From: Schmidtea polychroa
Taxonomy: Eukaryota
DNA length: 64,000 nucleotides
Assembly (NCBI GenBank): GCA_044892525.1
Contig: CM097885.1
Coordinates: 40,736,001 to 40,800,000 of the forward strand
Reading direction: 5' to 3'
A program made the position numbers and the translations under genes. The notes under the pieces were generated by a model. The model was not told the origin of the DNA. It worked only from the letters and a program-made list of their open reading frames with translations, and ran no database searches. Position 1 is the stretch's first letter, and each line of letters begins with the position of its first letter. Of this stretch, positions 24,834 through 39,841 are shown piece by piece.

Positions 24834-26843
24834 AGTAGGTAGTTAGTGGCCTACGGGAACAATAGGGGGGGGGGGGGGGGTAAAAAATGTTGCAAACTTT
24901 TGATTGCATAACTTTTTCCGTAGACATTTTTTGATTACATAATTGTTGCCGCATGCTCCAATGATTTTTTTCTGGGATTTTAAATACAAAAATTTTTTTT
25001 TTTTCAATAAACAAGCCAAGAATAAGTATTATTTGGGTGGGTCTCCTTGGTCCTGAGAATTTCAATAGAAAAGGTAGTCTACACTAAAAAAGCATGGATT
25101 ATTCAGACTATAGTGAGGTGAGTCTCCATAGTCCTAGGATTTTCAATACAAAAAGACGGTTTACACTAAAAACGTATGGTAATTCAAGGTCTCAGGTTAT
25201 TTTCAATACAAAAAGGTGGTCTACACTAAAAAACATGGTAATTTTTTTAAAATAAAGCAAATTATGGGTCTAAAAATTGGATTACAGTAAATTATGGACT
25301 AAGATTTTTAAATTAAAGTAAATTATGGTCCAAATTTTTGAATTACATTAAATATTGGGTCTAAAAATTGAATTACAGTAAACAATGGTCAATAATTTTA
25401 ATTTAAAGTTAAATAAGTAAATTAAAGGCTAAATTATGAAATTAAAGGAAACAATGGTTCAAATTTTAAATTAAAGCTAAATGAGTAAATTAAAGTAATA
25501 ATTTTTAAATAAGTAATGTAATAAGTAAATTAAGGTTCAAATTAGTAAATTAAGATCCAAAAAAAAATTAAATTAAAGTAATCAATGGGTTCAAATGAGT
25601 TAATTAAGGTTCTAAAAAAAAATTAAATTAAATTAATCAACAGGTTCAAATAAGTTAATTAAGGTTCTAAAAAAAATTAAATTAAAGTAATCAATGGGTT
25701 CAAATGAGTTAATTAAGGTTCTAAAAAAAATTAATTTAAATTAATCAACGGGTTCAAATAAGTTAATTAAGGTCTAAAATTTAAAATTAAAGCAATCAAT
25801 GAGTTCAAATAAGTAAATTAAGGTCCAAATATTTAAATTAAAGTAATCAATGGGCTCAAATAACTAAATTAAGGTTCTAAAAAATAAATTAAAGTTAATT
25901 AAGGTTCAAAATTTAACATTAAGTAATCAATGGTAAAATAAAACTTTAAATTAAAGTTAAATAAGTAAATTTAAGTAATGTAATAAGTAAAAAAAGTTAA
26001 AGTTAGATTTTAAAATTTATTTACAAAAGTTGGAATAATAGTTGGTGATTGAGAATTGAAAATTTTAAATGAAAATTTTTAACGTATATTTTTTAAGATA
26101 ATTTTTAATAGACATTTTTATGAAATATTTTTCAATGTTAATTTCAGATGAAAATTTATATGAAATATTTTTCAATGTTAATTTTAGATGAAAATTTTAA
26201 TGAAATAATTATTTTTTAAGTTAATTTTTATGAATTATTTTTCAATGTTAATTTTAGATGGAAAGTTTTATGTATTATTTTTCAATAGTAATTAAAGATG
26301 CAAATCATTGTCATTTAATCATTCACTACATGAAATTATTGGTTAAATATGAAAATAAGGGCTATATTTGGTTGTAAATTATGGTAAAAAAATTTAAATA
26401 AAGTAATACAAGGATAAATAGGTAAATTAATGTTTTATTTTTAAATTATAAGTTCAAAACTTTAAATTAAAATTTATAAACAAAAGTTGGAATAACCAAC
26501 CGCTTCTGAGACATAAAAATTTAAAATAAAATTTTTAAGAAATAATTTTTTAAAGTCAAATTTTAATAGAAACTTTTATGGAATAATTTTTTTAAGTTAA
26601 TTTTTATTGAAAATATTTATGAAATATTTTTTTTAAGTTAAATTTGAATAGAAATTTTTATGGAATAATTTTTGAAGCTAATTTTAAAAAGAAATTTTAA
26701 TGAATTAATAATTGTCAAAGACAAATTTAAATGGAAATTTTAATGAAATAATTTTCAAAGGCAAATTTAGATGCAAATTTCAATGATAATAAAAATTAAT
26801 AATAAAAATAATAATAAAAAATAATAAAAATAATATTAATATT

Positions 26844-26891
<48 letters not shown>

Positions 26892-27045
26892 CATAATAAT
26901 CATAATAAAAATAATATTAATATTAATAAAAATAATAATAAAAAATAATAAAAATATTAATAATAATTATAATAATAAAAAATAATGAAAATCATAATAA
27001 AAAATAAAATTAAAAATAATAATAAAAATAATAATAATTATAATC

Positions 27046-27107
<62 letters not shown>

Positions 27108-27323
27108 CATAATAAAAATAATATTAATATTAATAAAAATAATAATAAAAAGTAATAAAAATATTAATAATAATTATAATAATAAAAAATAATAATAAAA
27201 AATAATAAAAATATTAATAATAATTATAATAATAAAAAATAATGAAAATCATAATAAAAAATAAAATTAAAAATAATAATAAAAATAATAATAATATTGA
27301 TAAAAATAATAATAATTATAATC

Positions 27324-27395
<72 letters not shown>

Positions 27396-27575
27396 CAATC
27401 GGATACCAACAACTATCAGGTACAACTAGATACCAAGTACATACAACCAACTACTAAGTACCTACAACTATGTACTAACAACCAACTAAGTATTCTTTAT
27501 TGTATTTTATCAAATGATTTTTAAATTAATTTTTTATCTGTCTTCAAAAATATGTTTAATTACAATCAGTAGAAA
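24834..27575 (+). repeat. Left terminal inverted repeat (~2.7 kb)
   Basis: Reverse complement of ~32740-35427, including minisatellite arrays and the complex AAT tract; mirrored ORFs in the ORF track confirm it. Confidence 0.95.
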
Positions 27576-27849
27576 AAAAACCAACAACCAGTAACTTACG
27601 AACATGTACTAACAACCAAGTAAAAACAATCAAGTAATAACAAATATATCTTTAAAAGAAAATCCTCTTCACTTGCAATATTGGTAACACTCAACTACCA
27701 CCTACTCATTAATTAGCTACCACTAGGTTTCAAACAACAAAATACTAAACACTTACAACCATGTACTAACAACCACCATCAACTACCTGACTATCTACCT
27801 ACTATAAACAGCGCCTGAGAAATGAAAATTTTTTCAATGACAATTTTAC

Positions 27850-28620
27850 ATTAAAATTATGGTCTAAAATTTTCAATTAAGTAAATTAAGGTCTAAAATT
27901 TTCAATTAAGTAAATTATGGTCTAAAATTTTCAATTAAGTAAATTAAGGTCTAAAATTTTAAATTAAAGTAAATTATGGTATATATTTTTAAACTTAAGT
28001 AAATTAAAGATAAATAAGCAAATTAAGGTCTAAAATTTCCAATTAAGTAAATTATGGTCTAAAATTTTACATGAAATTATGGTCTAAAATTTTCAATTAA
28101 GTATATTATGGTCTAAAATTTTAAATTAAAGTAAATTAAAGATAAATAAGCAAATTAAGGTCTAAAATTTTCAATTAAGCAATTTAAGGTCTAAAATTTT
28201 CAAATAAGTAAATTATGGTCTAAAATTTTACATGAAATTAAGGTCTAAAATTTTCAATTGAGTTCTAAAATAAAGTCTAAAATTTTCAATTAAGTTCTAA
28301 AATTTCAATTAAGTAAATTATTGTATATATTTTTAAACTTAAGTAAATTAAAGATAAATAAGCAAATTAAGGTCTAAAATTTCAATTAAGTAAATTATGG
28401 TCTAAAATTTTCAATTAAAGTAAATTAAGGTCCAAATTTGAATTAAAGTTAATTAAGGTTCAAAATTTAAAATTAAAGTAAATTAAGGTTCTAAAAAATT
28501 AAATTAAAGTAAATTAAGGTACAAATTTTTAAATTAAGTAATCAATGGTCAAATATTTTAAATAAGTAAATTAAAGTAATAATTTTTAAATAAGTAATGT
28601 AATAAGCAAATTAAAGTAAG
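27850..28620. repeat. ~28-bp minisatellite array
   Basis: Unit approximately AATTA(T/A)GGTCTAAAATTTTCAATTAAGTA, related to the arrays at ~25250-26000 in the TIR. Confidence 0.85.
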
Positions 28621-29989
28621 ATTTTAAATTTATTAACAAAATAATAGAAGGTGTTTGAGAATTGAAATTTTTTAATGAAATTTTTATGGAATAATTTTTA
28701 AGATAATTTTTAATGAAAATTTTTATGAAATATTTTTCAATGAAAATTTTAAATGAAAACTTTTATGAAATATTTTTCAATGACAATTTTAGAAAAAATT
28801 TTTTGAAATAATTTTAGATTGAAATTATGTAAATTAAGGGATACATTTTTAAATTAAAGTAATCAATGGTCTATATTTTAAACTTCTATATTCGGTAAAC
28901 AAGGACTAAATTAAGTAAATAAAGGGTTAAATTAAAGAAAATTATGACTAAGTTAATTAGATTTAAAGAATAATTACCTTTTCATTTAACACTACAGTGT
29001 TAATTTTTACCATTTTAGAATAATATTTTTTATCAAAGTTCTTATCTTGATTTATTTAATTTTAATTGAATGTAATGACAAAATAGAGCGTGTTGTCTTC
29101 AATTTTAATGAATTAATTTGAAAGATTATTTAGATAAATTTTGGTGTTTAAGGTATTCATTAGTAAATATTTTTTTAGAGTTGATGGTTTTTGTGAATTT
29201 TTATCATTTTCGTGAATATCATGTGGATTGAATGAATATTTAAAAATTTTAAGTTAGTTCTAAATAAATTTAATTAATTTTTTGATAATTGGATGCATTT
29301 TAATTGATTGGTTTTTTTTTTAAATAAAAATTATTTTTAATGACAGTCAGGTTAATAATCACGTGATAGGATATGACTTTGTAATATTTTTTTTTCAATT
29401 ATTTTCTAAGAATTTCATGTTGATTTATTAAAAAATTTAAAGCTTTAATGATGATTTTAATTGAATTTCTTGATAATTTGTTAAATTTTAAATAAAAATT
29501 AATTTTTTTTAATGACTGTTAGGTTAATAATTATGTAATTGGTTTAATTTTAGATGACTTTGTAATGCATTTGACTAAATAATTTTTTTCAATAATTTTC
29601 TAAGAATATTTACACATTGATGATCTTTAAAAACATAAGCTAAGAAACCAGTTAACTTTATCTCGGATAGATATTTTAAATTTACTTGAAATTTATGATT
29701 TAGTTTGTTATTATTGCTTGAAAATGATTGGTTGAATCGTTGAAGAATTATGGTCAATTAATATATATCATCTCCAGTATTTGATGGTAAATATTTGTAG
29801 AAAATTTTAGTGAATTAGATACTAAATTATTTCATAGATGTATTTTGGATGTCGATAACATTTAATAAAAATTCATATTTTTGAAGAATTCTCTAAGAAT
29901 TTTAAGAGGATTGATTGAATTAAAGGAGGATTCAAGTGGGTAGAATTAATGGATATAGTCGGATAGATGTTTAAAGGGGTAGAAATATT

Positions 29990-30250
29990 TGGTGAGAGAT
30001 CGGTTAAGCTGGGATATTGTCGGTGAGATTTAATGAGAGATCGGATAAGGTGGGAATATATGATCTTTTGAGGGGATGTAGTCGGTTAAATTTAATGAGG
30101 GATAGGTTAAAATGGGAATATATCATTGTAAGGGGGATATAGTCGATTGATTTTAATGAGAGATCAGATAAGGTGGGAATATATCATTGTAAGGGAGATA
30201 TAGTCGATTGAATTTAATGAGAGATGGGTTAAGATGGGAATATATGATTT
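29990..30250. repeat. ~60-bp G-rich tandem repeats
   Basis: Recurrent TTTAATGAGAGAT.GG.TAAG.TGGGAATATAT...TAGTCG units. Confidence 0.75.
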
Positions 30251-30974
30251 TTTAAGTATGCTGTTGGTAAAATATCAATGTTTTAAGGGAAATGGTAATT
30301 AGTCAGTTATGTATCAATAATAATTATATCGTTTTATTAGATTGTGATTAATGCACAGTAAATTAATTTAGAACATTGTTTTATTAAGTAGGGATAATGA
30401 TCGATTTACTTGGTTTTGACAATGAAATCTTTACAGATAATTGGGATTGACTTCAACTTTAAATTATTTTTATCTTTATTTAGACGGACAACGACAAAAG
30501 TTGGAAATATTGATTTAAAACGTCGACTAAAGAAAATTGATCTTTATTGGGAGAAATCTATCGGGTGATTTTAATTAGTAATTAAATCGGTTGGATATCG
30601 GTAAAAATGATCATTTGAAGAAATATGGATAAATTTAATCTTTCTATGCAACTACTCAGTTATATTGTACAGTCAAATTTCAAGCAATATTTATTTTAAA
30701 TTTCGATTACAGTGATTTATTTTTAGAACAAAAATTTAATTATAACTGTTTTTTGTCATTAGACTTTATAAATTGTTTAGAGTTAATGATTTTACATGTT
30801 TTATAGGGAAATATTCGTGATAATAGGAATTAAAGATATAATTATAGTCATTTAAACGGGATTTTAAGCAATCTTATTAGTCTGAGGGAAATATATAGCC
30901 TTTTAAGGGTATTTATCGATAAAATACTTATCTTTAAAGACATTGATATTTCATGGAAATTTGATGCTTTCTAG

Positions 30975-31550
30975 ATGATTTTAGTAGAAAATTTACTTGG
31001 ATATACCAATTATTGACATTTAAATGAATTTACTGGTTTATTAGATGTCATCATTAGTTATCTAGTCTCTTTTGGAATTTAATGATAATTATTTTTATTG
31101 TAGATTGTTGACTTTGATAATGGTAATGAATTCATACTGAATTTTGTGTATAATTTGAGGAATTAGTAAATAGATTTCAATATACGTGTATTACTTTTAA
31201 AAAATAATTAAAATTAATTTATTTCAATTAATTTATTCAATCAAAATAAATTATCTACTAGATCTTATTATCTTTATTATCTTAGTTGATTAACTTGAAT
31301 GATTTTAGAAAATTTACTTGGATATACCAATTATTGACATTTAAATGAATTTACTGGTTTATTAGATGTTATCATTAGTTATCTAGTCTCTTTTGGAATT
31401 TAATGATAATTATTTTTATTGTAGATTGTTGACTTTGATAATGGTAATGAATTCATACTGAATTAATTTATTTCAGTTAATTTATTCAATCAAAATAAAT
31501 TATCTACTAGATCTTATTATCTTTATTATCTTAGTTGATTAACTTAAATG
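30975..31550. repeat. Internal direct duplication
   Basis: AGAAAATTTACTTGGATATACC...CATACTGAATT occurs at ~30986 and ~31307, and the following ~85-bp block is also duplicated. Confidence 0.85.
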
Positions 31551-32739
31551 ATCAGTATTTTTTTTTATTTACTGGATGATTAATGACTAGAATTTAAAGT
31601 TCTTTCGTCCATTACATTTTGTTATTTATTATGTTTTGAATAATTTAAATTTTTACAATGATTTATTTAATTTTTATCTAGTTATTGGAAAATCATACAA
31701 GTACTGGTAATCAGTTAATTAATGAATTGCATTTTTTTTTTATTAATTTTTCATCCAATTTTTCAAGTGAAGAGTATTTTCTTTTAAAGATCAATTTATT
31801 ATTACATAGTTGTTGGTTGTAAGTATCTGGTTGTTAATATTTGGTATCTGATTGATAGAGTTTAGTTGTAGATGATGACAAGAATATATTGCATGTGATG
31901 AAGAATATTTTGTATTTAATTGCTATTATTTTTATGTGTTGTTAGTTGATTGTTGGTACTTGGTATCTTGTATTTAGTAGTTGGTACAGTGTTGTTTACT
32001 GATTGTTGTCATATAGTTGTATATATTTGTTAATTTCTCGATAGGTTTTGATGGTGGTTGTTAGTACATGGTTGTAAGTGTTTAGTATTTTGTTGTTTGA
32101 AACCTAGTGGTAGCTAATTAATGAGTAGGTGGTAGTTGAGTGTTACCAATATTGCAAGTGAAGAGGATTTTCTTTTAAAGATATATTTGTTATTACTTGA
32201 TTGTTTTTACTTGGTTGTTAGTACATGTTCGTTTTTACTGGTTGTTGGTACTAAGTTGTTGGTATCTTGTATTTGGTAGTTGGTACAGTATTGTTTACTG
32301 ATTGTTATATAGTTGTAGGTTGATAATACTTAGTACCAGGTTGATGTTGGTTGTATGTACTTGGTATTTAGTTGTTAGCTGGTTGATGTTGCTTGTTAGT
32401 ACTTGGTAGGTGGTGGTTGAGTGTTACCAATACCCCTACGACTAATACCTTTACGACTAATACCCTTACGACCAGTACCATTACGACCTGTACCCTTAGG
32501 GGGTCAAAACATCCTATCGGATAAACTCAGTATATATATAATAAAACTGATCAACAATAAGTAGTTATTGAATGTGATTTTTACTTTGCAATAATAAGTC
32601 AGTAGTTATCAATTAAAAGAAGAATGTTTTGTAAATTAGAATTCATTAGTATTTCATTGTAATTTAAATTATTTTGAATTCCAAGTAGTGATGAGTTGAC
32701 AATTATTCATTTTTGTTAAATTTAGACATTTTGAAAAGA

Positions 32740-32922
32740 TTTTTTCTACTGATTGTAATTAAACATATTTTTGAAGACAGATAAAAAATTAATTTAAAAA
32801 TCATTTGATAAAATACAATAAAGAATACTTAGTTGGTTGTTAGTACATAGTTGTAGGTACTTAGTAGTTGGTTGTATGTACTTGGTATCTAGTTGTACCT
32901 GATAGTTGTTGGTATCCGATTG

Positions 32923-32991
<69 letters not shown>

Positions 32992-33206
32992 GATTATAAT
33001 TATTATTATTTTTATCAATATTATTATTATTTTTATTATTATTTTTAATTTTATTTTTTATTATGATTTTCATTATTTTTTATTATTATAATTATTATTA
33101 ATATTTTTATTATTTTTTATTATTATTTTTTATTATAATAATTAGTATTAATATTTTTATTATTTTTTATTATTATTTTTTTAATATTAATATTATTTTT
33201 ATTATG

Positions 33207-33280
<74 letters not shown>

Positions 33281-33484
33281 GATTATAATTATTATTATTT
33301 TTATTATTATTTTTAATTTTATTTTTTATTATGATTTTCATTATTTTTTATTATTATAATTATTATTAATATTTTTATTATTTTTATTTATTATTTTTTA
33401 TTATTATAATTATTATTAATATTTTTATTATTTTTTATTATTATTTTTATTAATATTAATATTATTTTTATTATGATTATTATG

Positions 33485-33529
<45 letters not shown>

Positions 33530-35427
33530 AATATTAATATTATTTTTATTATTTTTTTATTATTATTTTTATTATTAATTTTTATTATCATTGAAATTTG
33601 CATCTAAATTTGCCTTTGAAAATTATTTCATTATAATTTCCATTTAAATTTGTCTTTGACAATTATTAATTCATTAAAATTTCTATTTAAAATTAGCTTC
33701 AAAAATTATTCCATAAAAATTTCTATTCAAATTTAACTTAAAAAAAATATTTCATAAATATTTTCAATAAAAATTAACTTAAAAAAATTATTCCATAAAA
33801 GTTTCTATTAAAATTTGACTTTAAAAAATTATTTCTTAAAAATTTTATTTTAAATTTTTATGTCTCAGAAGCGGTTGGTTATTCCAACTTTTGTTTATAA
33901 ATTTTAATTTAAAGTTTTGAACTTATAATTTAAAAATAAAACATTAATTTACCTATTTATCCTTGTATTACTTTATTTAAATTTTTTTACCATAATTTAC
34001 AACCAAATATAGCCCTTATTTTCATATTTAACCAATTATTTCATGTAGTGAATGATTAAATGACAATGATTTGCATCTTTAATTACTATTGAAAAATAAT
34101 ACATAAAACTTTCCATCTAAAATTAACATTGAAAAATAATTCATAAAAATTAACTTAAAAAATAATTATTTCATTAAAATTTTCATCTAAAATTAACATT
34201 GAAAAATATTTCATATAAATTTTCATCTGAAATTAACATTGAAAAATATTTCATAAAAATGTCTATTAAAAATTATCTTAAAAAATATACGTTAAAAATT
34301 TTCATTTAAAATTTTCAATTCTCAATCACCAACTATTATTCCAACTTTTGTAAATAAATTTTAAAATCTAACTTTAACTTTTTTTACTTATTACATTACT
34401 TAAATTTACTTATTTAACTTTAATTTAAAGTTTTATTTTACCATTGATTACTTAATGTTAAATTTTGAACCTTAATTAACTTTAATTTATTTTTTAGAAC
34501 CTTAATTTAGTTATTTGAGCCCATTGATTACTTTAATTTAAATATTTGGACCTTAATTTACTTATTTGAACTCATTGATTGCTTTAATTTTAAATTTTAG
34601 ACCTTAATTAACTTATTTGAACCCGTTGATTAATTTAAATTAATTTTTTTTAGAACCTTAATTAACTCATTTGAACCCATTGATTACTTTAATTTAATTT
34701 TTTTTTGGATCTTAATTTACTAATTTGAACCTTAATTTACTTATTACATTACTTATTTAAAAATTATTACTTTAATTTACTCATTTAGCTTTAATTTAAA
34801 ATTTGAACCATTGTTTCCTTTAATTTCATAATTTAGCCTTTAATTTACTTATTTAACTTTAAATTAAAATTATTGACCATTGTTTACTGTAATTCAATTT
34901 TTAGACCCAATATTTAATGTAATTCAAAAATTTGGACCATAATTTACTTTAATTTAAAAATCTTAGTCCATAATTTACTGTAATCCAATTTTTAGACCCA
35001 TAATTTGCTTTATTTTAAAAAAATTACCATGTTTTTTAGTGTAGACCACCTTTTTGTATTGAAAATAACCTGAGACCTTGAATTACCATACTTTTTTAGT
35101 GTAAACCGTCTTTTTGTATTGAAAATCCTAGGACTATGGAGACTCACCTCACTATAGTCTGAATAATCCATGCTTTTTTAGTGTAGACTACCTTTTCTAT
35201 TGAAATTCTCAGGACCAAGGAGACCCACCCAAATAATACTTATTCTTGGCTTGTTTATTGAAAAAAAAAAAATTTTTGTATTTAAAATCCCAGAAAAAAA
35301 TCATTGGAGCATGCGGCAACAATTATGTAATCAAAAAATGTCTACGGAAAAAGTTATGCAATCAAAAGTTTGCAACATTTTTTACCCCCCCCCCCCTATT
35401 GTTCCCGTAGGCCACTAACTACCTACT
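32740..35427 (-). repeat. Right terminal inverted repeat (~2.7 kb)
   Basis: Reverse complement of 24834-27575; lacks some minisatellite units present at ~25560-25680. Confidence 0.95.
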
Positions 35428-35987
35428 TCGCATCCAACTTTTGTCTATTTTGCTGTTATAGATAATGTGAATTTAATTTTCAATAATGTTTACTAATGAT
35501 GCCTGAAGAAAATAAAAAGTTTGCTATAAACAAACGGACTTGTCTCACTTTTAAAATAAACAAATGCGTTTAGATTAGTCTTTTCTCTGATCTCCGTAAA
35601 GGAATAAATAATAATTTTACATATTATTTAATTTTCTTATTAACTTTTAATATTCTTGTTTGTTTGTTTTTGTATAGCGTGGTATGTAGGACAGTTTATA
35701 AATAAATAAAAATATCATAAAAGTTTAAATACAAAATACAAAAGCGTGATTGAATATTTAAACAGTTTTAGATGAGTATTTTGAAGAATAATTAGCAAGG
35801 CAAGGTAAAGATATAAAAGCGAGACATAAGTGATTAAATTTTTGATATTTTATTTATTCAATTCATTATAACAATATTTACCTTAAAGTCTGCAAATTCT
35901 GAAAATAATTGTTTTTTTCGATTATTTTCTATGACTTTATCTTTTTTGATGTTGAAAGATAATTATTATGTTCATTCAGATTTTTCA

Positions 35988-36068
35988 GAATTCTCCAATT
36001 TGAGAGGTTCAATATACACCGAGAGGCATCAAATCTTCAGATTCCAAATTTTCTTAGCGATGTCCAGG
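35988..36068 (+). CDS. Putative small exon of an unidentified host gene
   Basis: TTTTCAG acceptor, GTAAT donor, open frame ILQFERFNIHREASNLQIPNFLSDVQ; same splice phases and AG|AATT...CCAG|GTA boundaries as 60657-60744. Confidence 0.35.
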
Positions 36069-37149
36069 TAATGGATTCTCTTACAAATTAATTATAAGAT
36101 TTGTATTCCTTTAAATTTTACATAACAATTTCAGGATCAGAAGAATTTATAAACTTATACAATGTTATTAGACGTTAAATTTGTTTTAACAGTTGATTTT
36201 TACAAAGGATAACCAGCAATAAAATTACTAAAATTCTATCAGGAGTACAGATACGTTAACTGTTATAAAATTCAATATAAAATGTAACTATTATTTAATG
36301 AATTTTGAAAAATGATTTTGTGAGTAAATCAAACTTAAAGAATATCTTATAATCGAAACTTTCTCATTTAATACATATTTTTCAGAAAAGGCTTGTCTTA
36401 TCATTTGCATGTTTAATATACTATAATTGTTATTTCATTTATCAATGTTTTTATAGTATCAACGGTTCATTTTAGTGTAACAACATCATCTCACATTTTT
36501 TGCAGATATTTAGCCAAGCACCGCAGGCCACTTTTAAACTTTAGGATATTAAATTTCTGACTACCAACAAAAAGAACACATCAAACTTTTATTTGAGTTG
36601 ATCTTGTTTTGTGGAACGCCAACATTCGAAATTGTAAGTGTAGCTAGAATATTGTCAAACTTACCAAGATAGGTTCAAATGCTTAAAAGCTTCTTGAAAT
36701 TTTTACACATCAAAATGAATTCAATTTTACAATCATTTTTAACAAAAATTACATAAACGTTATCTACCGCAAATTTTAAAGTAAAACCAAGAGAAGAGTA
36801 AAATTATGATCATAGACTGAGAAACTAAGAGAAGACTGATTCGAAAAGTCAAAATAGTACTTACTACTAATGTTTTATTTATATGAAAACTTTAATTATA
36901 AAATTGACTTAATAGCTACCGTCTTGCTTCACTTAACTTACGAGAGTAAACTATTCAGTTTTTTGAGAAACCTAAAGAAAAGGTTTGATAAAAAAGCCCT
37001 GAATAGTTCATCCACTTAAATAATATGTGCCTAATCACGTCGTTTTTCATAAACATGTGTACATATAAATAACACTGTATACCTCTGATCGTTGTCCTTC
37101 TTTGGTAATAAAATATGTTTTACAGCTATTATATAGAATTAATATCTAC

Positions 37150-38150
37150 TCTTCACGGTCTTTCTTTTAATATGAATATTTTTACAATTTATGTTAAACA
37201 TAGTTTAAGATAACAACTTTTCTTACATGTGATGCTATTCCAGTTATAATTATAATAAATTTTACATTCGGATTTAAAAACTGGAAAACTATAATTTCTA
37301 GCTGCATCAAGCGGCTGCAACAAACATGTCATGCAAGCAACCAAATGAAAATTTTGTATGTTTCCTCAAATATTTCCTTAATTTCTTTTGTAACATTCCC
37401 TTGAAGCGGATAACTATCAAACAGTGGAAGCACTAGTTGTTTTAACATCGAAGGTTGATAATTTTCTGGTTGATTTCCTTCAAACAACGTTTAAGAATGT
37501 CTTCTCATTCCACATTCTGGTTACATTTACATCAAAAGAAAAGCCATCGACCACTCTTGATTTATTTTTCAATTTTGAGAACAGTATATATTCACTTTTT
37601 GCTTTGTATATGTAAAACATTGATAACTGAATGAGACGTACTGAAAGACGTTCTGAAAGACGTTCTGAAAGACGTTCTGAACCTTCCTGAGTAAATTTTG
37701 AGGTTTTCTCATATTCAAAGTTGATCCATGATCCATGTTTAGAAAATTTTCTGAAAATATTTTGTAATTGGATTTCGTCAAAAGAATCTTGTGTAATATG
37801 ATCAAAATGATCCAAAAATTTTATAGAAGACGTTTACCGGTGCAAAACAAATATATCTCTTCTCTTGAAACAAAAGCATCAATTTGGAGACGCTTTAAAA
37901 TTCCAGATCTCATCTCGGAGTTTGATTTCTTCCTGATGATCTATATTTGAATATAGGTTTAATGATGTGCTCAAAATTGAGATAGGCTCATTTCGAGATC
38001 CATTGCATAAAAAATCATTTATCTATCTTTAACACAAAGAACTTTCTTATTTCGAATCATAATATATTCAAAGAGAATTGTTTATTTTCCCCTAAAGCTT
38101 TGAGTTTATCAGCATTTAGAATTCATCCTCTTAAATTTGCTTCATAAATA
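37150..38150 (-). mobile_element. Degenerate pogo/Tigger-like (DDE_1) transposase remnant
   Basis: MTCLLQPLD at ~37310-37335 (the T..LQPLD motif), preceded by TVDSY; contains a 12-bp CTGAAAGACGTT x3 expansion. Confidence 0.5.
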
Positions 38151-39741
38151 TTATTATCAACTTTTTAGGTTTTGTTAAATTTATAATTGAGCGAATTTTG
38201 ACGGTCTTGGCATTTTTGAAGATTATTATATATGTTATAGTTAAAACAAACTAAGACAATGTATACATCCTCTATTAAAATACATAAATGTCATTCTAAT
38301 ATGTTGCGATTTTGCATACTTTAGCTAGATAAAGTGTGTATTTTAATATTATTTTATTATTGTCTAAAAATTCAAGTTAATGTATGCTTCAACTCGATTT
38401 AAAGCTTTAACTGTAACATATGCATTATCTAGTAAATGTATACATTGTGTAAGTTTATGCTTTAACTGTAATATATACAGTTTGTAGAATCCTAAGTTAT
38501 TGGTAATGGTGGTGGACATATATATGTTTTAATTATTATTTTAGAGTATTTGTAAATATTAATCTGTTTCCAGAACGGGATTATAATATATTGCGGGTAA
38601 TTCATTTTTTATGTTTCAGATACGTTCCTAAGAAAACCCAGAAAAATCGTATTGAAAAAGAAACTGCTAGGGATAGAATTTATAATTTTCAAAAAGCCCC
38701 ATCGGATAATTTCAAATTTTTATTTTAAAATTGAAAAATATTTAATCCTTTGCAAATTTTACAATAAACTCCACGATTATAAACATCTTTTTATAAAGAA
38801 AGAAAATGATAACTATTTCATATAAACTTCAAATGACTGCAGAGAAAATAATAATGAGCATTGCTGATATATTTCCAAGAAATAAATAAAATCTTTTAGT
38901 AACGTAGATCTTCATAAATTACTGGCACAATTAGAAATAAAGATACCGTGAAGTAAATATACAAACGAGTCAATGTGGAATCTGTAATTTTCTGTAAGTC
39001 GACATAATTTTGTCTTTTGGAACTTTAATGTTCTCTCTTCAATTTTATTATCATTATTTTCAAGATTAGTCTATTGAATTTCCTCTTAATTTTAGATTGA
39101 AATACATTGTCAGTAATGATGAAGGAATAAGACAAAAATGGATTCTGTTTTGACATGGAATTATAATACAATCAGATAAACATCCAACAATTGAATTACC
39201 CTTTAACTTTACCCTAACTTTTACTTTTACAAACCCGTGTAACTTAACCTTTGGTTATAATTCTTCAGTGATTATTTAAACACGTTAAAATTAATTATTC
39301 AAGGTGTTTAAATCTTTGTAATGGCATTTACCAGAAAATACAGTCATTAAATATTTTAAAACTCATAAACATAAATACCAAATAATCTCTATAAACAATT
39401 ATTTATTTAACTTTTTCAACTAATTTTTCATTTCAAATTACAAAATCTTTTAATTGAAGTTAGTTAAAATTTAATAAATTGATATTACTTATTAAATTAT
39501 AATAATTGGTTTTTTCAGGAAAACTTTAAGTATAAATTCACTCTAAAGGTTTTGCATCTCAATTCAGTGACTCAAAAAATTGTTTATTTCATTGACATTC
39601 GTAAACCAAGAAGTCAAAATGGAAAATGTTATTTCGTAAATAATATTTATTTGGTAACAAATGAAACATATGCATTCTATATTGGGTTATTATTATTGTT
39701 TCTATCAAAATATTTTATTTTACTTTATATTATTACCATTT

Positions 39742-39841
<100 letters not shown>

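Larger units (their letters stand above)
24834..35427. mobile_element. Complete 10.6-kb non-coding foldback element with Polinton-type ends
   Basis: Starts AGTAGGTAGTTAGTGGCCTACGGGAAC and ends GTTCCCGTAGGCCACTAACTACCTACT; 6-bp TSD TCGCAT at 24828-24833 and 35428-35433; near-identical inverted arms; no credible ORF. Confidence 0.95.

Noticed and set aside
24757..25065. ORF MKFSGPRRP..., mirrored at 35200-35418
   Set aside because: TTG start, lies in TIR subterminal repeats, and the two copies diverge in frame at a G/C homopolymer; the duplication is explained by the inverted repeat.
25250..28620. Regularly spaced ~28-bp repeats resembling a CRISPR array
   Set aside because: Degenerate tandem units without unique spacers, in a eukaryotic context with no cas genes.
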